Made by a program: the position numbers and the translations under genes. The notes beneath the pieces were generated by a model. It searched no databases, was not told the DNA's origin, and worked only from the letters and a program-made list of their open reading frames with translations. Positions 1-8,043 of a stretch of 14,486 nt of DNA are shown in pieces. Within the stretch, counting starts at the first letter, position 1. Every line of letters begins with the position of its first letter. This stretch comes from an uncultured Candidatus Saccharibacteria bacterium (lineage in GTDB: Bacteria > Patescibacteriota > Minisyncoccia > Phycocordibacterales > UBA918), in contig CAZFBT010000013.1 in the NCBI GenBank assembly GCA_964517185.1, positions 1-14,486 of the forward strand. Direction: 5' to 3'.

Positions 1-351
1 CCCGAGACTATTAGTTACGATGATTTCATGAAAGTCGAGATCCGCATCGGTACGGTGCTTTCGGTTGAGGTCGTAGAGGGAGCGGATAAGCTACTCCGGT
101 GTATGGTGGACGTCGGTGATGTAGACGAGGATGGCACCATGAGACCGCGGCAGATCCTCTCGGGTATCCGCGAGTACCTCGAAGACCCGCAGGTAATCGT
201 CGGCAAACAGTTCCCCTATGTCGTGAATCTTGCACCGCGTGTCATTCGTGGATTTGAGAGCCAGGGCATGCTCCTTGCGGCGAGCAATGAGGGGTCGCTC
301 GCGCTCCTCACCCCGAGCCAAAAGCTCCCACCCGGGACGAGACTCAAGTAG
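1..351 (+). CDS. metG: methionine--tRNA ligase, C-terminal tRNA-binding (EMAP/Trbp111-like) domain; 5' end cut by the window edge
   Basis: Frame 1 is open from nt 1 (PETISYDDF precedes the first Met at 28); stop TAG at 349-351. ISYDDFMKVEIRIG...EGADKLL...SGIREY...VVNLAPR..RG.ESQGMLLAA follows the pattern I recall for the appended C-terminal domain of bacterial MetRS (..DDFAKVDLRV...GSDKLL...SGIRSAY...ANLAPRKMRFG.SEGMV.AA). A domain at the end of an ORF fits metG rather than pheT. Confidence 0.85.
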   Translation, partial: PETISYDDFMKVEIRIGTVLSVEVVEGADKLLRCMVDVGDVDEDGTMRPRQILSGIREYLEDPQVIVGKQFPYVVNLAPRVIRGFESQGMLLAASNEGSLALLTPSQKLPPGTRLK

Positions 352-396
352 CTTCAATACCTGTGGGTTTAGTACCCAAATGCCTGTGTGACATCG

Positions 397-402
397 TATA
401 AT
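397..402 (+). promoter_or_regulatory. possible -10 box (TATAAT) upstream of pilM
   Basis: Perfect TATAAT hexamer 15 nt upstream of the ATG at 417. No convincing -35 at 17 +/- 1 nt (ACCCAA). Confidence 0.3.
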
Positions 403-416
403 GTGAGCACCAATCC

Positions 417-1520
417 ATGCCGGTTCTTTCTACGCTCCAGAAGGTCTTTCCGCCGCCACGCTACATGTCGTTCCCGTGCGTTGGCGTTGATATCTCTGAC
501 TCGTCGCTCAAGTATGTCTTGTTCGAGCGCGGTCGTGCGAAGCACGAGGGACTCTCTCTCAAGTCGTGGGGCGATATCGGCATTGATGTAGGAGTTGTCG
601 AGCGCGGCAAGGTGCATAACGTGAGCGCGCTCACTGAAGCGCTCAAGAGGGTCAAGGAGGAGACGAATGAAGAGTATGTTGCCGTATCGCTCCCCGAGGA
701 ACGAGCGTACCTCTTTGAAACATCACTCGGTGCCGATGTCCGCGTTAAAGAGATTCGCAGCACGCTCGAATTCAAGCTCGAGGAAAACGTTCCGCTCTCA
801 CCCCGCGACGCGTACTTCGATTACGACATCGTGAAGCGCGATCCGGTAACAGGTGAGGTGCGTGTCGCAGTCGCGGTCTATTCACGAGATACGATCAATG
901 CGTACTATGAAGCATGTACGGTTGCCGGACTCATGCCACTTTCGTTCGAAATCGAGGCTGCGGCAATTGCGCGTGCATCCGTTGAACGTGAACTCCGCGG
1001 GACATACCTCATCGTCGATTTTGGCAAGAGTCGGATGGGTGTGGGTATCGTACACAAAGGGATACTCATGTACACGTCGACCATTGAAATATCGGGACAC
1101 GACATGAGCAATGCGCTTCGCGCGGTCCTCGGAGATAGACCGGAAGCTGAGCTCACCGAGATAAAGAACACACGAGGGCTCATGCACTCGAAAGAAAATG
1201 AAGCGGTTGCGAACGTACTTGAGAGTCTCGTTGTAGCTATGGCAGATGAATTAAGTATCCGCATGCACTACTGGCACACTCGCGATGTTGACCGAGAAGA
1301 ACGAGAGATACAGAGGGTCATTCTTTGCGGCGGAAGCTCAAATCTTCATGGTCTTCCCGAGTTCCTTTCGGCAAAGCTTAGCATCCCTGTTGAACGTGCA
1401 CAGGTGTGGCAGAATGCTTTCTCACTCGATTCCTTCATTCCGCCCATCACACGCCGGTACTCATATGGGTACGCGACCGCGATTGGACTCGCGCTCCGAG
1501 AATTTACCAATGCCGTATGA
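417..1520 (+). CDS. pilM: type IV pilus assembly protein PilM (actin-like ATPase fold)
   Basis: 367-aa ORF. It carries GVDISDSSLKYV near the N-terminus, LIVDFGKSRMGVGI, and ILCGGSSNLHGLPEFLSAKLSIPVE, which are typical PilM/FtsA-like phosphate-binding and C-terminal motifs. It is followed by PilN-like and PilO-like genes with an ATGA stop/start overlap. An alternative start exists at Met17 (nt 465). Confidence 0.8.
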   Translation: MPVLSTLQKVFPPPRYMSFPCVGVDISDSSLKYVLFERGRAKHEGLSLKSWGDIGIDVGVVERGKVHNVSALTEALKRVKEETNEEYVAVSLPEERAYLFETSLGADVRVKEIRSTLEFKLEENVPLSPRDAYFDYDIVKRDPVTGEVRVAVAVYSRDTINAYYEACTVAGLMPLSFEIEAAAIARASVERELRGTYLIVDFGKSRMGVGIVHKGILMYTSTIEISGHDMSNALRAVLGDRPEAELTEIKNTRGLMHSKENEAVANVLESLVVAMADELSIRMHYWHTRDVDREEREIQRVILCGGSSNLHGLPEFLSAKLSIPVERAQVWQNAFSLDSFIPPITRRYSYGYATAIGLALREFTNAV

Positions 1521-2053
1521 TTAATCTCATTCCACCTGAGGGACACCGGGCGGTGAAGCGAGAGTACCTCCTCCGTATTGGGACCGTGTGGGCGATACTT
1601 TTTGCGGGGGTGTTCTTTGCGGGCGCGGCGCTCTCTATTCCGACATATGTGCTCGTGCGCATGCAACTCGAAAGCTTAACCTTGAGTGCCGACGAATCAG
1701 AGAGCACGAGTGCACAGTTCAAGCACGCCGAAGCAATCGTGCGTCGCACGAATGACATTGCACTTCAGCTGGACATCCCAATGAAGGGAGCATCTGCATC
1801 CGAGATTATCCGAGACGTTTCTCAGGTCGCGCCAAGAGGTGTCAGCATCACTTCGCTCCAGCTTGCGAAGAGCGCTGACACGTTCACGACCGTCCAGGTA
1901 CAAGGAATCGCTCCATCACGGAACGCCCTCGCGAGTTTCACCGATGCACTCAATGCACTCCCTCGGGTCGCACGCGCGGAGGTGCCTATTTCGGATCTCG
2001 CGCGTGACGTTGATCTGCCGTTTGCGCTTACCATTGAGCTCAAGATCGATTGA
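1517..2053 (+). CDS. pilN: type IV pilus assembly protein PilN-like (bitopic membrane protein)
   Basis: ATG 1517-1519 overlaps the pilM stop (ATGA at 1517-1520). The N-terminus MINLIPPE matches the PilN INLLP motif. It is followed by a basic stretch and one TM helix (IGTVWAILFAGVFFAGAALSIPTYVLV). The longer track ORF from 1406 overlaps pilM and is not needed. Confidence 0.75.
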   Translation: MINLIPPEGHRAVKREYLLRIGTVWAILFAGVFFAGAALSIPTYVLVRMQLESLTLSADESESTSAQFKHAEAIVRRTNDIALQLDIPMKGASASEIIRDVSQVAPRGVSITSLQLAKSADTFTTVQVQGIAPSRNALASFTDALNALPRVARAEVPISDLARDVDLPFALTIELKID

Positions 2054-2060
2054 ACAAGCT

Positions 2061-2582
2061 ATGACACACCGAACGACAACACTCTTTTCCATCATCGGAG
2101 CCATCGTACTCTGCCTTTCACTTCTGGCGTATGGCGGTACCCTCTATCTCATGGAGACCTACAAACGCACGCTCGTCGAGAGGATGCAGGATGAGGCCCG
2201 CGCAAAGGCAAACCAAGAGTTCCTCACGGAGCTCGTCCGTCTCGTAGACACAACACAGACGCAGCGGGAAGAGCTCGAAACGCGCATCATCAATGATGTG
2301 GACGTCATTGAACTCCTCGCGCTCATCGAGACTATTGGTAGAGAGCAGGGCATTGTGCTTGCGACGGAGTCTCTCACGACTGAACCACTCAACGAGGCGT
2401 TCGAACACCTCAGGATACAGCTTGGCGCCAAGGGAAGTTATGAGGGCATCATGTACGTCCTCACCATGCTTGAAACACTCCCGTATCAGTCTGCAATCGA
2501 CTCCGTTTCTGTCACTTCAGATAGCGAGGACATGTGGACTGCCTCTATCGAGCTCATTGTCACGAAGTACGTCAAAGCATGA
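2061..2582 (+). CDS. PilO-like pilus assembly membrane protein
   Basis: In-frame ATG at 2061, 7 nt after the pilN stop. It has an N-terminal TM helix (LFSIIGAIVLCLSLLAYGG), a charged coiled-coil-like segment, then a compact C-terminal domain. This architecture and gene order match PilO; the sequence itself is not diagnostic. Confidence 0.55.
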   Translation: MTHRTTTLFSIIGAIVLCLSLLAYGGTLYLMETYKRTLVERMQDEARAKANQEFLTELVRLVDTTQTQREELETRIINDVDVIELLALIETIGREQGIVLATESLTTEPLNEAFEHLRIQLGAKGSYEGIMYVLTMLETLPYQSAIDSVSVTSDSEDMWTASIELIVTKYVKA

Positions 2583-2974
2583 GTATGAAAATCTCACTGC
2601 GCCTCCCAAATTTCCTGCAAGCAAAGAAACAAGGCTTGTCGCGTCGCCGATCTGGCTCTTTCATGTGTCCGGTTCGGGAGTGGGGTCTCGGTCTCCTCAT
2701 CAGTTCGCTCCTCTTTCTTGTGCTCGGAGGACACGCGGGATATAACTTCTATACACAATCGAATGAGTTCGGTGTGCTTCCGGAGCAAGATGAACCAGTG
2801 GTGACCTACCGTGAGGGGTCGGTCATGCGAGCGCTTGAAGTCTACGAAGAGCGTGAAGCAGAATTCATTCGATTGCGGAACGGACGCAAGGTGCAGGTTC
2901 AGTCGCTCCCGCAACAGTCTCTAGCTGAACCTAAAGACAACACGTCGCTTGCTGAGGTTCTCGAGAGTGAGTAG
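2579..2974 (+). CDS. hypothetical single-pass membrane protein, last gene of the pil operon
   Basis: ATG 2579 overlaps the stop of the preceding gene (ATGA at 2579-2582). It has a basic N-terminus (KKQGLSRRRS), one TM helix (WGLGLLISSLLFLVLGG) and an acidic C-terminal tail. I recognise no family. Confidence 0.6.
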   Translation: MSMKISLRLPNFLQAKKQGLSRRRSGSFMCPVREWGLGLLISSLLFLVLGGHAGYNFYTQSNEFGVLPEQDEPVVTYREGSVMRALEVYEEREAEFIRLRNGRKVQVQSLPQQSLAEPKDNTSLAEVLESE

Positions 2975-2986
2975 AGTAGAGAGCCT

Positions 2987-3058
2987 GTCCCCATAGTTTA
3001 ATGGATAAAACTGCGGACTTCTAAGCCGTTGATCCAGGTTCGATTCCTGGTGGGGACA
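2987..3058 (+). tRNA. tRNA-Arg (anticodon TCT)
   Basis: Hand-folded cloverleaf. Acceptor GTCCCCA/TGGGGAC, D stem GTTT/AAAC, anticodon loop CTTCTAA (TCT at 34-36, T33, A37), T arm CCAGG-TTCGATT-CCTGG, discriminator A. The 31-39 position is an A/G mismatch. CCA is not encoded. Confidence 0.88.
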
Positions 3059-3509
3059 CCGAAATCAACAACCAGCACCAGCGAGTAGCTCATCACATAG
3101 GCACCTGGGAGTATCCATTGAAGCCGCTACAGCCTTTTCGAGTGAATGAATAGTACTCTCAACATATACGATGGTACCAGCAACAATTGCAAAAATTGAA
3201 CATACTTAGACATGTTTATTCAGGCGTACCTTATTTGTATAGGGAGCTAGAATTTCTCATTCTACAAACAAAATTGTAACAGGAGCTTAAATCTGGCTAA
3301 GGTAACAGCAAAGCGTGTCAACGACATGAATGTACTTCGTGAGCACAGGAGTACATCGGTAGCCTAAGCCTACGATACACGCGTGTTGGGTGTTTTTTGC
3401 CTATACACACAGGCCCAGCATTTTGTCTCATGACACGGTACAATTAATCAACGTAGACGTACATTAATATTCGACACAATTTCGCTTGATTCAAGACCAG
3501 CCTACCTAT

Positions 3510-6500
3510 ATGAACAAGACACTCCTTGCAGTTGCACTACTGGTGACCTTCCAATGCACCGGTATGGCCCTTGCGCAAGCGCCCGAACTTGTATCTCCGA
3601 GCGAGGAAGTGAAGTCCTACTTAGTTGCAACCGTCAATGTGCATAATGTTCAGCACGTTCAGAGTGGACATCAATTTAATATCGCCTTCGACATCATGAA
3701 TCGCATCGGCACCCAAGCTGGTGTCCGGTACGGGGCACTTCTGATGAAAGATACCAAGCAAGGACCGATTATTGTTGATGCTCATCTTGAGCGAGAAACC
3801 TTAACACTCGAAGAGGGAGGCAGTGTTCGCAGAGCCTTTACCTACACAGCACCAGCGGTGCTCGGCGGGACCTTCAATCTGTATCTCATAAGCGAAGGGG
3901 AAACAGGATTGCAATATGGATTCGTCCCGTTAGGAGAAATAACTCTGGTTCCAAGTGTTGCCGGAGTTCTTGTCGATACAGAGTCATGCTATCTCACGAT
4001 CGGTGCAGAGGGAACACGCTATGAACAATCGACACGAGTTGATCTTGCGTCCAATGAGTCACTCATGAGCCATTGTACAATTGAGAACACAAGCGATGAG
4101 GCAACGAGCATCAGACCACAGGCAATTGTTCGTGAATACGGCATCTTCGGCCCACTCGCGAATCTTCTGTCGTTCCCCGCACAGGAGCCCATCACGCTTG
4201 CTTCCAAAGAAAAGCGTGACGTGTCAGTCCTTCTTCCCCTTCCTGCCGAACCGGGCAACTATATTACGACGCTCTCTTTTGGACCCGTAGGGAATGAAGT
4301 GTACCATCGTTTCGTCATACAGGGCGCGCGTGCCTCTATTGATAACGTCGTGTTCGACAAAGCTGTCTACGCCGTAGGTGAGACCGCATTACTATCAATT
4401 ACCTGGAGTTCGGCTGGAGACAGCATCGAAGGAACTCGGGCCAAGAGCGCGGTAGCAATCGCGGAGCCAAGCATCACTGTTATTGTCTCTGATGCGGGCG
4501 GGAGAATTTGCGCAGAGCCAATTTCAAATTCTATCGAACAGTATGGTTCCCCAGCCATCACGGTTCCCGTCATTATGACGCAAGATTGTATCGGCCCCAC
4601 CGCTGAGGTAATATTTGCTGACAAGGAGCTCGGTATTCTTGCGCGATCAACCTACGCGGTAAAGACAGTTAATGGAGACAAGCCGAACATCTCCTCTGCA
4701 ACTAAATCAGTAGATATTTCACCGATCAAATTTGGCATCCCGCTTGCGTTCAGCCTCGTGGGACTTCTCCTTGGGCTCGGTCTTTTCATCTATCGTGCTT
4801 ACATGCGTAAGAAGGAGAGTGTTCTCACAACACCAATAGTGGGCCTCTTCCTTCTCATCGTAGGGGCTTTCAGCCTCTCTGTTCATGATGCGAGTGCAGA
4901 CACCTTCAATCTACAGTATGGAAACGGCGCTTCGCGTAAGAATTTTACCGTTTCAGCATCTCTCGTGGATTCTGATCTCACTCCCAGCGACTTCCTACAA
5001 GTACAGGGAACCATTCAACACACGAATGGTTCGATAACCTCCTCATTCTATATTTATCTATATTACAATATAGATGGTGGTTTTGTGATGCCGCTCTATG
5101 ATCACTTTGTGCCGGCAGGTGTAAATTTCTGGACTTCTCCCTGGAACAAAATGGACATCAACACACCGCCTTTTCCTGGTAACCATACCATCAAGGTGAC
5201 AGCGGATGTCAATTCGACCGGAGTCACCCTGCCGTTTACAATTTCTGGGGCATTCTATGCTCCCTGTTCCCCAACCGTCATCAATGACTGTGTGCTTCCG
5301 AGTGCGCCTCACAATACGGCCTCAGGGATGTGTTCGGATGCAGGAACGTGCCAATATAGCTGTAACGATGGTACATGGGGCCTCTTTGGCGGGGGTAACC
5401 ACAATTTCTGTTATACTGCTGGAGGGCCCGAACTCATCATTGAGGAGATTCAAGTACATGATCCAGAAGGTGGAGGCGGTGATCCGACGGTCGAAAATTC
5501 GCCTGATGATAGCTCTCGACATGCCCAGGCTCCCTTACGAAAGGTCTGGTCTGAAATGATTGAGAACGTCGGGAAATTTTTCGCGTCGATGTTTCCTCCA
5601 CGCGCAAGCGCAGCAGTCATGGGAGACACCCTCAACCTTCAGGGATTCTTCTCGAATATCGGCGGCAATACCGGCGTTGGTTTCACGAGTGGCTTCTATT
5701 ACCAATGGGGCGGAACAGGGGGAGTCTGGACCGAGGTGCCCGGCAGCCTAGAGTCTTGGTCACCTGTTCTCCCTGGCCAGACGTACCTCCTCGATGAAAT
5801 GCTATTCACTGTCCCGCTCCAGACTGGCAGTCTCTACATCAGGTTCTGTGTAGACATTTATGACGAAGTGAATGAAGGTGCGGGCGATGGGCCATTCGCC
5901 AATTGTGTTGAGACCTCTGAGATATATGTCTCTTCTGCGCCACTCGGGAGTTGTTCATCAACCGAGCTATCGGAACTCAACGACTGGAAAAACAAAGAGT
6001 GTCCTCTGGCTTCAGGGTGCGCAAGCACCCCTATCTGCTATACGTATCCTGGAGACAAGAATCTTGTCACGAATATTGCAGGACCTACCTCTACCGATCC
6101 AGGAGTTGCGACCGAACTGTTCGCAACCGTACATAACAATGGAGAGTTGAGTTCGGGCAGTTCATTCGTGAACCTGTTCCAGGTTGCGGACGACGACCAA
6201 GGGAATGGTGCTGTGGACATCGGGACGCAAACGACGAGCCCGCTGGGAGGACTCGGGAAGGCAATCGTGAAATTTGACTACGTATTTCCTGCATCCGCAG
6301 CGGGAACGAATAAGTTCATTCGGGTCTGTGCCGATAAATCGAGCGCAAGCAGTGCTGGCGTCATCGCAGAAGCAAACGAGCTTCTGGTCGATAACTGTGG
6401 CCCGTGGAATTCAATCCTCATTAAGCCCGCCTGCTCTCCTGGAGAAGAGCTCACCTGGACTGACAGTACGACCGGGAAGACTTGTAGTGCGCTTACACCA

Positions 6501-7865
6501 CAGGGAACCAAGGGGGGGCAGAGTACCCTGAACGATACTACTGCACCTGACACAGGGACCGCACAGTTCAGTTGCAAATCGAATGGGCAATGGGAGCAGA
6601 ACCCGGAACTGGGAGCAACCTGCAATCAGGCGACGGTCATGTGCCCTGCGGGCCAAACACTGAGTTGGTCAGGCGGACAGTGCTCTGGGACGACTCAGGC
6701 AACAGCAGAAAATGGCACGTTCTCGATGAGTGACTCTGAGATTGTAACTTCGCCCGGAACAGGAGGAGCGACCTTCAAGTGTCTCACCGGTGGTACGTGG
6801 GCAGCAAGTCCCGAAGCGGTACCAGCGGCGGTCTGTGGTACGGTCTGCCCGGGAGGAGCGCTGAATTGGAACACTGGCGGAAATAGCTGCTCAGGAACGG
6901 TGGCTGTCACACTCCTCGGAAGTACTGCACCCGTAATAGACAATGTGGCAGATCCTGCGACCGGAGGAGCAACATTCCTCTGCCAGACTGACAGGACGTG
7001 GAAGCCGACACCTGAGTCGGGGACAGATAGTTGTACGATTCCAGCGACAAACCAAGCACCGATCATCACTAAAGGAAATGATTTCGTGAACATCGGATTG
7101 CCCACAGATTATATCGCGCTTGTTGGATGGAGTGCGGTCGATCCTGAATCAGGCACCCTGAATTACACATGGGTTCCGCTGAGCTGGCCTCCCGCGGGAA
7201 GCCCGGGCAGCATAAGCAACGCCTCGGTTGCGAACCCAACCTTCCAGAATCTTGCAGAGGTGGGCACGTACACATTCCAGCTGACTGTTACGGATAATCA
7301 GGGCGCGACCGACGTTGAAACCTTCACGGTCAACGTTTCGGGGACCCCACCACCTGACGGAACTATTAGCACCAATGACGCTGACAACATCGTTGATCAA
7401 GGGGATATCGTTCAGCTCACATGGGATGCATGGGACTATCCTTCTTCATGTAAGGTCGAAGGAACAAATGGTCAATTGTGGAACTATGAACCCGAGCTTA
7501 GCGGCGTATCGACACTTCCTCTCAATGCGAATACGGCCTTTGGACTCTACTGCTACGATACACAGGTCCCACCGCAATGGAAACCGATTTCCTCAGTCTT
7601 CATCACCGTCAACCCTGACGTTGACCTTTGGGTCACTCCTTCGATTGTTGGATACGGTGATGCCGCAACACTCTCATGGAACACGAACGGTAATGACCCT
7701 GCGACGTGCTCTTTCTCTGGCGGAGGTCTGAGTCCTGTAGTATCAGATGGGAACGGTTCCCAAGAAATAACAAATATTCAGGGACAGATATCAGTGAAGC
7801 TTACCTGTGGGCTGAAGAATAAGACCGTGCAGATACTCATGCGGCCGCAATCATACGAGCCGTGA
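3510..7865 (+). CDS. very large secreted/surface protein (putative adhesin) with Cys-rich modules, a PKD-like domain and Ig-like repeats
   Basis: Uninterrupted 1459-codon frame. The likely start is ATG 3510, giving MNKTLLAVALLVTFQCTGMALA|QA, a classic signal peptide. The track start at 3486 is a TTG. Domains inferred from motifs are: several CARDB-like segments (..VHNNGELSS..F.V..; IRVCADKSS...VIAEANELLVDNC); 3 x ~65-aa four-Cys modules; a PKD-like domain (YTWVPLS...GTYTFQLTVTDNQGATDVETFTVNV); and two C-terminal Ig-like repeats (..ATLSWNT..C..). An internal TM pair lies at 4731-4898. Confidence 0.85.
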   Translation: MNKTLLAVALLVTFQCTGMALAQAPELVSPSEEVKSYLVATVNVHNVQHVQSGHQFNIAFDIMNRIGTQAGVRYGALLMKDTKQGPIIVDAHLERETLTLEEGGSVRRAFTYTAPAVLGGTFNLYLISEGETGLQYGFVPLGEITLVPSVAGVLVDTESCYLTIGAEGTRYEQSTRVDLASNESLMSHCTIENTSDEATSIRPQAIVREYGIFGPLANLLSFPAQEPITLASKEKRDVSVLLPLPAEPGNYITTLSFGPVGNEVYHRFVIQGARASIDNVVFDKAVYAVGETALLSITWSSAGDSIEGTRAKSAVAIAEPSITVIVSDAGGRICAEPISNSIEQYGSPAITVPVIMTQDCIGPTAEVIFADKELGILARSTYAVKTVNGDKPNISSATKSVDISPIKFGIPLAFSLVGLLLGLGLFIYRAYMRKKESVLTTPIVGLFLLIVGAFSLSVHDASADTFNLQYGNGASRKNFTVSASLVDSDLTPSDFLQVQGTIQHTNGSITSSFYIYLYYNIDGGFVMPLYDHFVPAGVNFWTSPWNKMDINTPPFPGNHTIKVTADVNSTGVTLPFTISGAFYAPCSPTVINDCVLPSAPHNTASGMCSDAGTCQYSCNDGTWGLFGGGNHNFCYTAGGPELIIEEIQVHDPEGGGGDPTVENSPDDSSRHAQAPLRKVWSEMIENVGKFFASMFPPRASAAVMGDTLNLQGFFSNIGGNTGVGFTSGFYYQWGGTGGVWTEVPGSLESWSPVLPGQTYLLDEMLFTVPLQTGSLYIRFCVDIYDEVNEGAGDGPFANCVETSEIYVSSAPLGSCSSTELSELNDWKNKECPLASGCASTPICYTYPGDKNLVTNIAGPTSTDPGVATELFATVHNNGELSSGSSFVNLFQVADDDQGNGAVDIGTQTTSPLGGLGKAIVKFDYVFPASAAGTNKFIRVCADKSSASSAGVIAEANELLVDNCGPWNSILIKPACSPGEELTWTDSTTGKTCSALTPQGTKGGQSTLNDTTAPDTGTAQFSCKSNGQWEQNPELGATCNQATVMCPAGQTLSWSGGQCSGTTQATAENGTFSMSDSEIVTSPGTGGATFKCLTGGTWAASPEAVPAAVCGTVCPGGALNWNTGGNSCSGTVAVTLLGSTAPVIDNVADPATGGATFLCQTDRTWKPTPESGTDSCTIPATNQAPIITKGNDFVNIGLPTDYIALVGWSAVDPESGTLNYTWVPLSWPPAGSPGSISNASVANPTFQNLAEVGTYTFQLTVTDNQGATDVETFTVNVSGTPPPDGTISTNDADNIVDQGDIVQLTWDAWDYPSSCKVEGTNGQLWNYEPELSGVSTLPLNANTAFGLYCYDTQVPPQWKPISSVFITVNPDVDLWVTPSIVGYGDAATLSWNTNGNDPATCSFSGGGLSPVVSDGNGSQEITNIQGQISVKLTCGLKNKTVQILMRPQSYEP
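4731..4898 (+). other. internal TM helix, basic loop and signal-peptide-like TM segment inside the giant ORF
   Basis: FGIPLAFSLVGLLLGLGLFIY (4731-4793), then RAY-MRKKES with an in-frame ATG at 4803, then VLTTPIVGLFLLIVGAFSLSVHDASA|DT. The AXA-type motif ends at 4898. Confidence 0.7.
6432..7034 (+). repeat. three tandem ~63-65-aa four-cysteine modules (coding repeat within the giant ORF)
   Basis: R1 is 6432-6623, R2 is 6642-6836, R3 is 6846-7034. Each follows C-P/S-x-G-x(1-2)-L-x-W-x(4-8)-C-S...(T/P)-x-T-G-(G/T)-A-x-F-x-C-x(3-4)-W...C. Examples: CPAGQTLSWSGGQCSG...GTGGATFKCLTGGTWAA...C and CPGGALNWNTGGNSCSG...ATGGATFLCQTDRTWKP...C. Confidence 0.85.
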
Positions 7866-7879
7866 TGTGGTAGGAAGTG

Positions 7880-7908
7880 AGCGGCCAGCGCAGCTGGCCG
7901 CTTTCTGT
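7880..7908 (+). terminator. rho-independent terminator after the giant ORF, back-to-back with the tRNA-Val 3' end
   Basis: Perfect 10-bp GC-rich stem AGCGGCCAGC / GCTGGCCGCT with loop GCA, followed by TTCTGT. It starts 15 nt after the stop codon and abuts the 3' end of the minus-strand tRNA. Confidence 0.75.
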
Positions 7909-7980
7909 GGGCGGTGAGGGACTTGAACCCCCGACCCTCTCAGTGTAAATGAGTTGCTCTACCAACTGAGCTAACCGCCC
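7908..7980 (-). tRNA. tRNA-Val (anticodon TAC)
   Basis: The reverse complement folds as GGGCGGT-TA-GCTC-AGTTGGTA-GAGC-A-ACTCA-TTTACAC-TGAGA-GGGTC-GGGGG-TTCAAGT-CCCTC-ACCGCCC-A. That is 73 nt with all stems paired and one G-U in the T stem. Confidence 0.93.
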
Positions 7981-8031
7981 CTCACATGGACCGGACCATA
8001 GTACCGTCTTTCATGTTTATTTCAATATGCG

Positions 8032-8037
8032 TATACT
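8032..8037 (+). promoter_or_regulatory. possible -10 box (TATACT) for acyP, positioned for a leaderless or near-leaderless transcript
   Basis: TATACT ends 6 nt before the ATG at 8044. The -35 is weak (TTTCAT at 8009-8014, 17-nt spacer). No Shine-Dalgarno sequence lies in between. Confidence 0.35.
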
Positions 8038-8043
8038 CTCACC

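Noticed and set aside
461-1264. Minus-strand ORFs (461-775, 882-1187, 905-1264) overlapping pilM
   Set aside because: They are antisense to a gene with strong PilM motifs and have no supporting signals.
1406-1516. Long 5' extensions of the pilN (1406), pilO-like (1839) and fourth-gene (2534) track ORFs
   Set aside because: Each extension overlaps the preceding, well-supported gene. Internal ATGs at 1517, 2061 and 2579 give proper N-termini (MINLIPPE, or a TM helix near the N-terminus) with stop/start coupling.
3246-3254. The shared 9-mer AGCTAGAAT between the AT-rich gap after tRNA-Arg and module L
   Set aside because: The match is too short to distinguish from chance in AT-rich sequence, and no further similarity flanks it.
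3486-3509. TTG start at 3486 for the giant ORF
   Set aside because: ATG 3510 gives a canonical signal peptide (MNKTLLAVALLV...). The 8 extra residues (MIQDQPTY) add nothing and rely on a rare start codon.
6278-7105. Minus-strand ORFs of 115, 81 and 136 aa, and other internal ORFs, within the giant gene
   Set aside because: All are nested in a 4.4-kb uninterrupted frame with clear domain repeats. Their compositions (Pro/Ser/Gly/Val-rich) are typical antisense artefacts.
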